This document shows, in pieces, positions 25,341 through 37,133 of a stretch of 64,000 nucleotides of DNA; position 1 is the stretch's first letter, and every line of letters begins with the position of its first letter. The stretch is from Octopus vulgaris (taxonomy: Eukaryota): positions 28,706,001 through 28,770,000 of the forward strand of contig OX597840.1 of the NCBI GenBank assembly GCA_951406725.2, given 5' to 3'. The notes beneath the pieces were generated by a model. It did not search any database. It had not been told where the DNA came from and saw nothing but the letters and a program-made list of their open reading frames with translations. Both the position numbers and the translations under genes were made by a program.

Positions 25341-25790
25341 TTCTGTTGTGTCTGGGGAGAGTCGTTTTTTTCTTGTGCTTTATAATGTAACACACTCACC
25401 GGTAAAATTTCCACTGTTTTCTTATTTTTATTTCCCTAAAATTTTTGTTGTGTCTGGCAACCTTGAATCTCCTTTTGGAAATTGTGTGCTGTCCTTGGAG
25501 TAGGTTGCATCACATTCCCATTGAGGAGTTCTTCCACTCTTTCATGTTCTTTTGGTGTAACTTCTCTCATGCAACCGATGTGTTGTTGCATGGTCTGGAC
25601 ATATTGAAAAGGTTGCAAGACGCAATGAAAATTTTAGAAAATAAAAATAAGAAATAAGTGGAAATTTTACCGGTGAGTGTGTTAAATAATAAGGCACTAA
25701 AAGAGTGACTCTCCCTAGACACTACAGAATATGCTTCAACACACAAACTCATATAAAGAATCTTGCAAACCAAATCCCAAAACGAAATAT
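25341..25790. mobile_element. Fold-back element (arms 25341-25468 and 25602-25729); family also at 47554 and about 56760
   Basis: aacacactcaccggtaaaatttccac versus gtggaaattttaccggtgagtgtgtt. Confidence 0.75.
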
Positions 25791-25804
25791 ATATATATAT
25801 ACAT

Positions 25805-26180
25805 ACAATTTAAAAATAGGATAAAATCTTCATAAGAATTTATCAAATAGTTAACGTGAAAGACCTCATAAGAGAAAAAATCCATCAATTTTTTCACTTA
25901 AATATATTTATTTATTTATGTTATATAGAGGGCATTATTACACATAGATGCCTCAAACTAGGAGGGACTCTTAAAGTCAAAACTACTAAAATAAATAAAC
26001 ACATTGTACTGAAACCAACTCCCGAAGCAAGTCATTTGAATTCTGTTTTTAAATGACTTGCTTTGAGACTTGGTTGCGGTACAATGTGTTTATTTATTTT
26101 AGTAGTTTTGACTTTAAGAGTCCCTCCTTGCGTGTAGCATTTATGTGTAATAATGCCCTCTATATAATATAAATATATAT
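25805..26180. mobile_element. Fold-back copy of the 6400-6948 family (arms about 25915-26037 and 26051-26175)
   Basis: Both strands translate to YIEGIITH..GGTLKVKTTKINKHIV, confirming the inversion. Confidence 0.8.
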
Positions 26181-26182
26181 AA

Positions 26183-26570
26183 GAGTCCAGAAGCTGGCTA
26201 CCCGCATGGTTCTTGGTCTCAAGCATTTGTCTTATGAAGAAAGACTGAAAACGCTCGACCTTTATTCTCTAGAAAAACACCGCCACCGTGGTGATCTCAT
26301 TCTTGCTCACAACATCATAAGCGGAAAGTGTAACCTGTCGAAGGAGCTGTTCTTCACTCCTGCTCCAGAGCGTAGGCTGCGGGATCCGTGGAATAAGCTG
26401 CCGGGCGAGATAGTGAAGATGCTGATGACCGCTCGGTTCAAAGTCTCCCTTGACCACAAATGGCCTGAACTCTTTGCATGAACACCACCCTGTACATAAC
26501 TCCATGTCCCCCTACATGGCCTTGCTTTTTGTTTTTTGAGCCAAAAAATTAACCTAACTTAAACTTAACT
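26183..26570 (+). mobile_element. CR1-like LINE 3' fragment
   Basis: VQKLATRMVLGLKHLSYEERLKTLDLYSLEK.R.RGDLI...WNKLP...FKVSLD; short (aactt)n tail. Confidence 0.85.
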
Positions 26571-26627
26571 TATATATATTTATATATATATATATATATA
26601 ATCTGTGTTTCTCTTTCTCTTCCACAG

Positions 26628-26931
26628 AAACTCTCCACTTTGTTGGCTTGTCTGGAATGGTTGTTTTGAAGCTGCACGTTTTCTGGTCCAAGCTGGTTGG
26701 AACCTAAACCAAGAAGGTTGGATTGATTTACCAGGCAAAACAGAAGAACAATCACGATTCCATGAATGGTTGAAAAGCATGAGATCCTCCCCTTGGACAT
26801 TGTCCTGTCTCTGTCGTCAATATATTCGGAACTATCTGTTAGGGATTCGTGGTGACCGAGAGATCCTGAGTTGCGTCAAAGAACTACCGATTCCAGTCAG
26901 ACTAAAAGGATTCTTAACATATTCAGATTAG
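26628..26931 (+). CDS. ASB-like protein, terminal coding exon with last ankyrin repeat and SOCS box
   Basis: ctctttctcttccacag| acceptor; NSPLCWLV...AARFLVQAG; BC box TLSCLCRQYIR and LPIP (LPxP) cullin box; TAG ends at 26931. Confidence 0.92.
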
Positions 26932-26966
26932 GAGAGTTCTTACAAAACACACACAAAAGCCGCATA

Positions 26967-26972
26967 AATAAA
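26967..26972 (+). promoter_or_regulatory. Candidate proximal poly(A) signal
   Basis: AATAAA about 35 nt after the stop, followed by T-rich sequence; weak evidence in AT-rich DNA. Confidence 0.25.
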
Positions 26973-27368
26973 TGGAAGAAAAAAAACTATTTTTAAAAAA
27001 AATTTCCATTTTATTTATTTATATTATTATTAATTCCTTAGTAACCTTTTTTGATACCAACTCTGCCTGAGATTCCTTCTGGTTCCATGTGACAAAGTTT
27101 ATAATTTTGAAGTGATAAAAGGCCTAAATTAAAACCTTCCATTAAAATTTCATGTTAATTCATGTTCCAAACACAAGATTATCAAGAAAAAGTTATTCCA
27201 CTAAATTCTTCATTATTTTGAATTGAAGCAAAGGCAGTATATTACAACAGAAATAGAGTAACAAAACGGTTAACCCTTTTGGCACCAACCCACCTGAGAC
27301 CCATCTAGTTCTTTCAGACAAACTTCTTGCTTTAACATAATCTAAAATTCTTCCATCAAAAAATTCCA

Positions 27369-27752
27369 TACTCTTTTACTCTTTTACTTGTTTCAGTCAT
27401 TTGGCTGCGGCCATGCTGGAGCACCGCCTTTAGTCGAGCAAATCAACCCCGGGACTTATTCTTTTGTAAGCCCAGTACTTATTCTATCGGTCTTTTTCGC
27501 TGAACCGCTAAGTGACGGGGATGTAAACACACCAGCATCGGTTGTCAAGCAATGCTAGGGGGACAAACACACACATATATACATATATACGACAGGCTTC
27601 TTTCAGTTTCCGTCTACCAAATCCACTCACAAGGCATTGGTCGGCCTGGGGCTATAGCAGAAGACACTTGCCCAAGATGCCACGCAGTGGGACTGAACCC
27701 GGAACCATGTGGTTGATTAGCAAGCTACTTACCACACAGCCACTCCTGCGCC
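27369..27752 (-). mobile_element. SINE family A, full length
   Basis: Reverse complement of family A, inserted inside a MITE unit. Confidence 0.88.
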
Positions 27753-28329
27753 ATGTTAATTTATTTTCCAGTTACTGGTTCCATACTGACGGAATTCTTT
27801 TACTAAAGTTTGTTTTATTTTTGAAATTAATGCAAATAAAGGCAGTGTATTTCAACAGACATGGTAACAAAAGGGTTAACCCTTTTGGCACCAACCCACC
27901 TGAAACTGCCCCTAGTTCTATGATAAAAACTTTTTCCTTCAAGGTAGTCTAAATTAAAACCTTCCATTAAAATTCCATGTTAATCTCTGTTCCAAATACC
28001 AGCTTAGAAATGACAAAGTAATTTCACCAAATTCTTAATTATTTTCAAAATTACTTAAATTCTAGGCAGACTATTTCAACAGAAATATGATAACAAAATG
28101 GTTAACCTTTTACAATTAACCTTTGGTTTTATGATGCCAATTCCCTATTTTGAAGCGATCTGAATTAGAATCTTCTATCAAGACTTCATGTTAATTTATG
28201 ATCCAAAAACCACTTTAATAAGAACAAAAGTATTTTACTAAATTCTTCATTTTTTTCAAAACGAATTAAAAACAAATGCAGTGTATTTCTACTGAAATAT
28301 GATAACAACAAGGTTAACCCACTCTAGAC

Positions 28330-30199
28330 CAGGGTTCACCAAACTATGGCCCATGGGCCGGATCTGGCCTGTGAGGTCAGTTCATCTGGTCCACTGCCAC
28401 CGCATTGTACCTTTTGTGTGAATACCTGCTTTGAGAGTTTATTTCTGCAGCGAATGTGTTTTAAAACATTTTCTTCGTGAGAATGTTTGCTGAAAATGAA
28501 TTTGTCACTCATACAAGCTACAAAATAATGCATAAGGAAAACCATTTACTGATGGCAACTTTATCAAAGAGTGTATGATAGAAGCAGTGAATGACTTGTG
28601 TCCTGAGAAAGCTGATTTGTTTGGAAGTATCAGCCTTTCAGCAAGTTCAGTTGCGCAGAGGACAGAGGAACTTGGAGAGAAAATAGTGCTACAGATACAT
28701 GAGAAAGCTAGCAACTTCTTTTGGTATTCTCTGGCACTGGATGAGTCTACTGATCTCTCAGGTACATCACAACTTCTTGTGTTCATTTGTGGTGTTAATT
28801 TGGACTTTCAGGTCACAGAAAAGTTGGCATCTATTTGCAGCATGCACAGAACAAGAATTGGAGGAGGGATTTCCATGGAAGTGCAGAAAACTTAGCAAGA
28901 TGATAACCTGTAGTTGAATCAGTTTTGATGTGTTTCTATTGATGCAGTGGAAAAAAACATGGCTGGAGTGAGGAAGGGTCTGGTGGGGCAGATCAGGACT
29001 AAGTTGGAAGATCTTCAACACCTGGGTGCTCTGTTTATACATTGCATTATACATCAGCAAATACTCTGTGGGAAAGACTTGGATATTTTTTGCGGACTGA
29101 AACCAGTCGTTTCTGTGGTGAGCTTTATTTATTGAAGGAATTGATTCTGAATTCTGTGATTTGCCTTATCACACAGCACTAAAGTATCTCAGCTGCAGTA
29201 AAGTCCTGTTTTGTTTTTATAAGCTCCAAAGAGAAATAGATATTTTTCTCACCGAAAAGGACAAAGGTGATTCTCTTCTGTCAGATCCTACCTGGCTGTC
29301 AAAGTCGTCATTTTTGGTTGACTTCACATCCCACATGAATGAATTGAACTTCAAACTTCAGGGAACGGATAAGCTTATCTGTGATCTCTACAAAATCATC
29401 AAAGGATTTTGGAGAAAGCTATCATTATTTGAAGCACAACTGGAAAGAGGAAAATTCTCTCATTTTCGGTGTTTCAAAGAATTTCACACTGGAATTGCAG
29501 AAGATGTTAACCTAATGTTTCCAAAGAAGATTATTTGTGACTTAAATAAGCATTTTTTTTTTAGAGATTTTCAGATCTCAACAGAACTGAGAGGGACATT
29601 CTTCTGTTCCTGAATCCGTTTGATTGTAACCTTGATGATGTGCCAGTTAAATTACAGTTGGTGTTAATTAGTTTGCAAGCAAATGACTTGTTGAAAGAGA
29701 AGCACGGAGAAGGAAAACTTGTAGAATCTTGTCACTGTTTACCTGTTGATGAGTTTTTCAAGTCGAAGAAATTTGCCTCTGGTATGGCATCAGTGTTTGG
29801 AACAACTTCTGTCTGTGAGCAAACATTTTCAAAAATGAAGGATGTGAAGTCAGCACATCGAACGAGGTTGACTTATGAACATTTGAAAGCAATTCTCTTG
29901 GTCGGATGCAGCAATTCCAAAGCAAATATTGATGACATCTTAAAAGCTTAACACCTGTTTCGCAAATTTCACTAATATTTTTTGCTGCTTAGTTTGTGAT
30001 ATTCAGATATGTGCATACAGGGTATGATATATTTTATTGCTAACGTCCCCTTCTTTGATAACTTTTTAGTAAATAAATGTCAGTTGTCTTTATTTTTTGT
30101 GTAATCACTGTGTTGAATCGAACAAAATGGATATGCAGCCCGCGCTTGTCATTCTCGTAGTTATCTGACCTGTCGTGAAAAAAGTTTGGTGACCCCCTG
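28330..30199 (+). mobile_element. hAT DNA transposon (Buster/Charlie type) with decayed transposase
   Basis: TIRs cagggttcaccaaact / agtttggtgaccccctg; TSD ctctagac at 28322-28329 and 30200-30207; SLALDESTD, IHCIIHQ, YHT..YLS..KVL and FGTT.VCEQTFSKMK across broken frames. Confidence 0.95.
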
Positions 30200-31599
30200 C
30201 TCTAGACCATCTTATTTCCATAACATAAATTCCTTGTTTTATAATGATCTGAATATCAAGTTAATTTATGTTCCAAAAACCACTTTTGTAAGAACAAAGT
30301 TATTTCATTAAATCCATCATTTCAAAATTATTTGAAACCGATGTAGAATATTTCTACAGAAGTGTGGTGACAAAGTGGTCAACCATTTTGATACCAATCC
30401 ACTGAAGATTGTCCTTGGTTCTAATTGTAAAAATTCCTTGTTTTATAACGATCTGAATATCAAGTTGATTTATGTTCCAAACCGCACTTTAATACGAACA
30501 AAGTTATTTCACTAAATTCTTCATTTCAAAATTATTTGAAACACAGGCAGAGTACTTTCTGTAGAAATATGGTAACAAAGAGGTTATATATATATTTTGC
30601 AAATGTCTGTGAATGTTTTACCAATTTTACCAACGCATTTATACAACATGAGAACCGAACATTATTTTTTGTCTTTATGCCAAATCAATGTCTTTCCAAA
30701 ACTCTTTCTACAAATATTTGTTTCAGCATCTACTCACCCCACAATCCCACAATATTGGTCTCAAATTCTTTTTCTTTTTTTTTCCCATATTTTTTTTTTC
30801 ACTCTAAAGAAAGACAAATGCCCCCAAAAAACAGATTTCTCATTCCTCATGGCAAATTAACTTATTTCAAAAAGTTTTTCTTCAGTCATCTATGAGTCAT
30901 ACTTGATGTATATATACCTTTGATAGGCAAGTTGCTGCAGTGTTTTTCCTGAGATAACATCTCTTAATGAACTTGCTGTGTAAAAAAATAAGCACAAATA
31001 TTAGAAAGAGAGAGACAACAATCCATCCCAACGTGTCAAATGCATTTCAGCCTTCTTAGGTTTTCTCAGTGGTGCAAGCAATGACTTCTTGTCCAAGCAG
31101 ACAGAGCTGGCAGGGAGTACGTGTCATTTGAGATGGGCCCCCAAAATGTTTAAAGGCATCTGATGTTCTTGCAGGTCATTGCTGAGATGAATTTTCATCT
31201 CTGAAAATTATTGAGAGATGCTATGTCAGGACAAATACTACAATAACTGGCCTTATCGACAGTGTGTATACATTGAGTATGATACATAAATGGCTATTTT
31301 GATTTAGCTGCCTCAATTGTGTATACTGAATTTGTTTCTTTTTTTTATATCTACAAACTTATTGGATTGCCATCTACCAATCTGATAAACCACAGCCAGT
31401 TCATTTGAATTTAAAATCTCACCATATATAACTCACACTTTGGTGGTTATTTGCTTGGGTGGCTACAGTGGTTTAAGTAGGTTTTCAGGGAAAAATATGA
31501 TTGAAAAAAACAAACAAAACATAATATTTTATTTGTGGAATCTCTGTTGATAAATTCCTTGCCACGAAATTCAATATTATCAATTGTCAAAAACACCCT

Positions 31600-32770
31600 T
31601 ATCCCTTTTGATGCCAACTTGCCCAAGACTGCCCTCTGATTCTAGGATATAAAGACTTCATATTTTATATAAAAATCATTTGTAAAATAAAACTTTCCAC
31701 CTTAATTTAATAAGATATTTTGTTTTGTTGCGGACAACAATGGAAAAATGAAAAAAAATCCTTATTTTATCAAGTAAATCCTTCCAAAAATTTTCATTAT
31801 TTCCAAAATACTATCTGAGATTGATCATGGTTCTATGAAATAAAATCTATTTCACAAAGTTCATATGTGAAATTAAAAAAAACCTTCCCTTCATAATTTA
31901 ATGTAATGATCACTGAATAAATCTAACCCCAAAAATCTTCCTTACTTTCAACATTCTATCTGAAATTGAACCGGGTTCTATGGATTTAAAAGCTATTTTA
32001 TAGCGTTGATGTGATAAATTAAGTCTTTCTCTCATAATTTAATGAAAAATTGTTTTGTTACATTCCAGACACCAACTAAATAATGAGTTTACTAAATAAA
32101 TCCCTTTTAAAACCTTCTTTATTTTCAAAATTCTGTCTAAAATTGAACCTGACTTTGTGAATTAAAACCTCTTTTATAGTATTCATATGATAAATTTGAA
32201 GTTTCCTTCATAATTTAATGCTCATTTTTTTATTATGTTCCAGACATCAACTGATTAATTAATTTATTGAATAATTTGTACCAAATCTCAGTTATTTTAA
32301 AATTTCTTGCTGAGATTGAACTTGGTTCAATGAAATAAACCTTGTATTTTACACTTTGATAAATTTAGATTTTTATCATAAGTCTACCTGAATCTTGATT
32401 ATTTCAAAATTCTATCTGAAATTGAACTTAGTTCTATAAATATAAACCCTATTTTATAAAGATTACACATTAAATTAAAATTCCCCTTCATAATTTAATG
32501 TAAGGGCCATTTATGTTCCAAACACCTACTGAATAACAAAAAAAAAGCTTTATTTTACTCAATAAATCTCGCCAAAATCTTATCTTCAAAATTTTACTTG
32601 AGATTGAACCTAGCTCTATTATATAAAGTCTCTTATGTTATAAAGCATGTATATTAAAATTATCCTCCTTAATTTAATGTAAGGACCATATTTCACTAAT
32701 GAAATCTCCAAAATTCTGACTATTTTCAAAATTCTGTCTGGAATTGAACCTGGTTTTGAATGTTTATAAG
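31600..32770 (+). repeat. Older degenerate tandem units related to the TTAA MITE; continues about 34610-34950
   Basis: Recurring ttttcaaaattct.tctga.attgaac.tggttctat and cttcataatttaatg blocks roughly every 150-170 bp. Confidence 0.65.
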
Positions 32771-32774
32771 TTAA

Positions 32775-32976
32775 CCCTTTAGTATTCAGGTCATTATTTA
32801 TTCACATTGCTTTGAATTAATCATACATTATCTCATACCTTCAAGATTCTACCGATGTCATTGTTTATTTTTATGATGACATTGTAGGATAGGTGTGACA
32901 GGCTGGATATGGCCAGTTTGAACATAAAACAGGTTGAATATTTCGGCCAAATATGACCTGTTTAAATCCTAAAGAG
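32775..32976 (+). mobile_element. Second piggyBac-like MITE family (related copy about 18093-18290)
   Basis: TTAA|ccctttagtattca ... ttaaatcctaaagag|TTAA, imperfect TIR. Confidence 0.7.
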
Positions 32977-34608
32977 TTAAGACACATCTTCCAAATATGA
33001 CCTGTTTAAATGCTAAAGAGTTAAGACACATCTTCCAAATATGACCTGTTTAAATGCTAAAGAGTTAAGACACATCTTCCAAATATGACCTGTTTAAATC
33101 CTAAAGAGTTAAGACACATCTTTTAAATATGACCTGTTTAAATGCTAAAGAGTTAAGACACATCTTCCAAATATGACCTGTTTAAATGCTAAAGAGTTAA
33201 GACACATCTTCCAAATATGACCTGTTTAAATGCTAAAGAGTTAAGACACATCTTCCAAATATGACCTGTTTAAATGCTAAAGAGTTAAGACACATCTTCC
33301 AAATACGACCTGTTTAAATCCTAAAGAGTTAAGACACATCTTCCAAATACGACTTGTTTAAATCCTAAAGAGTTAAGACACATCTTCCAAATATGACCTG
33401 TTTAAATCCTAGAGTTAAGACACATCTTCCAAATACGACCTGTTTAAAACCTAAAGAGTTAAGACACATCTTCCAAATATGACCTGTTTAAATGCTAAAG
33501 AGTTAAGACACATCTTCCAAATATGACATGTTTAAATCCTAAAGAGTTAAGACACATCTTCCAAATACGACCTGTTTAAATCCTAAAGAGTTAAGACACA
33601 TCTTCCAAATACGACTTGTTTAAATCCTAAAGAGTTAAGACACATCTTCCAAATATGACCTGTTTAAATCCTAGAGTTAAGACACATCTTCCAAATACGA
33701 CTTGTTTAAATCCTAAAGAGTTAAGACACATCTTCCAAATATGACCTGTTTAAATCCTAAAGAGTTAAGACACATCTTCCAAATACGACCTGTTTAAATC
33801 CTAAAGAGTTAAGACACATCTTCCAAATACGACTTGTTTAAATCCTAAAGAGTTAAGACACATCTTCCAAATATGACCTGTTTAAATCCTAGAGTTAAGA
33901 CACATCTTCCAAATACGACCTGTTTAAAACCTAAAGAGTTAAGACACATCTTCCAAATATGACCTGTTTAAATGCTAAAGAGTTAAGACACATCTTCCAA
34001 ATATGACCTGTTTAAATCCTAAAGAGTTAAGACACATCTTCCAAATACGACCTGTTTAAATCCTAAAGAGTTAAGACACATCTTCCAAATATGACCTGTT
34101 TAAATGCTAAAGAGTTAAGACACATCTTCCAAATATGACCTGTTTAAATGCTAAAGAGTTAAGACACATCTTTTAAATATGACCTGTTTAAATGCTAAAG
34201 AGTTAAGACACATCTTCCAAATATGACCTGTTTAAATCCTAGAGTTAAGACACATCTTCCAAATATGACCTGTTTAAATGCTAAAGAGTTAAGACACATC
34301 TTCCAAATATGACCTGTTTAAATCCTAGAGTTAAGACACATCTTCCAAATACGACCTGTTTAAAACCTAAAGAGTTAAGACACATCTTCCAAATATGACC
34401 TGTTTAAATGCTAAAGAGTTAAGACACATCTTCCAAATATGACCTGTTTAAATCCTAAAGAGTTAAGACACATCTTCCAAATACGACCTGTTTAAATCCT
34501 AAAGAGTTAAGACACATCTTCCAAATATGACCTGTTTAAATGCTAAAGAGTTAAGACACATCTTCCAAATATGACCTGTTTAAATCCTAAAGAGTTAAGA
34601 CATATCTT
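32947..34608 (+). repeat. Minisatellite, 38 units of 44 bp (five are 42 bp)
   Basis: Unit ccaaata(t/c)gacctgtttaaat(g/c)ctaaagagttaagacacatctt; 38x44-10 = 1662 bp matches the span. Confidence 0.98.
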
Positions 34609-35276
34609 CCATAATTTGATGTAAAAACTTTTCGTCATGCTCTAAAAACCAGTTGAATAAAGAAAAAAAAAATGTTATTTTACTAAATAAAACCCATCCA
34701 AAACCAATTATTTTCAACATTTCACCTGAAACTAAATCTGGTTCTGTCAAATAAATCATTCTATTTTATAAAGTCTGTATGTTAAAACTTCCCTCCATAA
34801 GAACCTTACTTCTTTCACTAAATATATATTTCTAAAATCTTGATTATTTTCAGAATTCTAGTTTAGATTAAATATGGTTCTATGGTATAAGAATCTCGTA
34901 TTTTATGAAGTCTGTATGCTAAATTTCCAATTTTCTCTCATAATTTAATGTTAGAACCTTTTTGCTGTGGTATATTTAAGCCTTCTTCTTTCCTGTGTCA
35001 TCAGGTAAACAAATGACCTCTGGTGTCTTCCTTTGACAACTGTCCACTGTTATGATTGCTTGCAGGTCAGTTCTTGGCCACAAGCGTATATGTATATATA
35101 TAGTAGAAATATGTTACAAAAGGAAAATATAAAATACACGTGGAAATGTAAGAGTAAAATATGAAAAATCAACAAAAATGCACATTGTAAATAAAAAAAG
35201 GCTTAAAAGGTTACCTGTCATAAAAATCCTTTTTTTATTTAAAATGTGCATTTTTGTTGATTTTTCATATTTTATC

Positions 35277-35319
<43 letters not shown>

Positions 35320-35321
<2 letters not shown>

Positions 35322-35483
35322 CACTCTTGGAGTGGTTGATGTTAGGAAGGGCATCCAGCTGTAGAAACTCTGCCAGATCAGATTGGAGCCTGGTGCAGCC
35401 ATCTGGCTTGCCAGTCCTCAGTGAAACCATCCAACCCATGCCAGCATGGAAAGCGGATGTTAAACGACGATGATGATGATGAT
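35320..35483 (+). mobile_element. Family B 3' end
   Basis: ttaggaagggcatccagctgtag...atgttaaacgacgatgatg. Confidence 0.8.
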
Positions 35484-35504
35484 ATATACTCTAGTGTGTG
35501 TGTA

Positions 35505-35630
35505 AATATATATATATATATATATGTATATATATGTATATATATATATATGTATATGTATGTATATGTATGTATATATATATATGTATATATATGTATG
35601 TGTATATATATGTATGTATATATATATATG

Positions 35631-35668
<38 letters not shown>

Positions 35669-35688
35669 TATGTATATATATGTATGTG

Positions 35689-35726
<38 letters not shown>

Positions 35727-35732
35727 TGTATG

Positions 35733-35769
<37 letters not shown>

Positions 35770-35806
35770 GTATGTATATATATATGTATGTATATATATA
35801 TGTATG

Positions 35807-35845
<39 letters not shown>

Positions 35846-35894
35846 GTATATATATGTATGTATATATATGTATATATATGTATGTATATATATG

Positions 35895-35943
<49 letters not shown>

Positions 35944-35958
35944 GTATATATATATGTA

Positions 35959-36022
<64 letters not shown>
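35505..36022. repeat. (TA)n/(TATG)n microsatellite
   Basis: Direct reading. Confidence 0.97.
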
Positions 36023-36023
<1 letters not shown>

Positions 36024-37133
36024 TGGTTGTTTCCTTAATATTTTGCACCATTAGCTCATTGTCAAGATGGTCTCATTGCCTGTGATAATATTCATGCAGT
36101 GCTAGCATGCTGTTGGTTATAAGTGTTCTATTTGATTTAATGAACCAAACAGCCCGCTTATGAAATTAATGAGCAAGTAGCTGAGTACTCCATAGATACA
36201 CATACCCTTAATGTAGTACTCGGGTAGATTCAGCGTGACACAGATTTTGTGACTAGGCTGGCCCTTTGAAATACAAGTACAACTCATTTTTGCCAGCTGA
36301 GTGGAATAATGGAGCAATGTGAAAACAAGGCCAATCGAAGCTTTGTGAGTGGATTTGGTAGATGGAAACTGAAAGAAGCCTGGTATGCGCGTGCATGCAT
36401 CGTCTTCCACTGCTTGAGAACCTGTGTTGGTGTGTTTATATCCCTATAACTCAGTGGTTTGGAAAAAGTGACTGAAAAGAAAATAAGTACAGGGGTTGAT
36501 GAGTTTGACTAAAATCTTTGAAGGTGGTGCCCCAGCATGGCCACAGTCTAATGACTGAAACAAGATAAAATGATACCCAGAAGGAGTGTATTTCATTAGT
36601 GCTGGTTGATCTCTGTTGTTCGACAACAGAAGAGTCAGTCGTCTGATCTGATCAACTGAATTGCCTACCCCTCAATTAGTATGCAAGCGGCTGAATATTC
36701 CTAAGCAAAATTCTCGAACAGAATCAGCGTGACACAATGAGTGTAACAAGTCTGTACCTTTCGAATTACTGTTACAATCGACTTGATGGGATTTTCTACA
36801 GTTTCCCTCTATCCAATTCCACTGACAAGTCAGGTATTGATCTGAGGCTATAGAAAATGACACTTGCCCAAGATACCTCGCAGTTAAATTGAACCCAAAA
36901 CATCAAGGTTACCAAGCAAATTTCATAACCGTTTGAATATATTAGTGATGTGGTTAGAAAGAGAAAGTTCTGTGTTACCATTCTCCATTCAGAGTCTTTG
37001 AGAAAGCACTTCAAAAGCATTTGCAAGAAAATGAAATCTTTATTCAGTAAAAATTAATCACCTCAAGAATTTCTGTTTTGGTCTTTCATCTGCTGCCATT
37101 ATTGTAAAAATTGGCTTCTTTTGTATTAATATA

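Larger units (their letters stand above)
27043..30587 (+). mobile_element. Head-to-tail array of decayed piggyBac-like MITEs, interrupted by a SINE and the hAT element
   Basis: Junctions such as ggtaacaaaagggTTAAcccttttggcacc near 27270, 27876, 28102 and 28314; bodies resemble 59298-59519. Confidence 0.75.

Noticed and set aside
32947-34608. CRISPR array
   Set aside because: Contiguous units without unique spacers, no cas genes, eukaryotic context; the same applies to 51228-51754.
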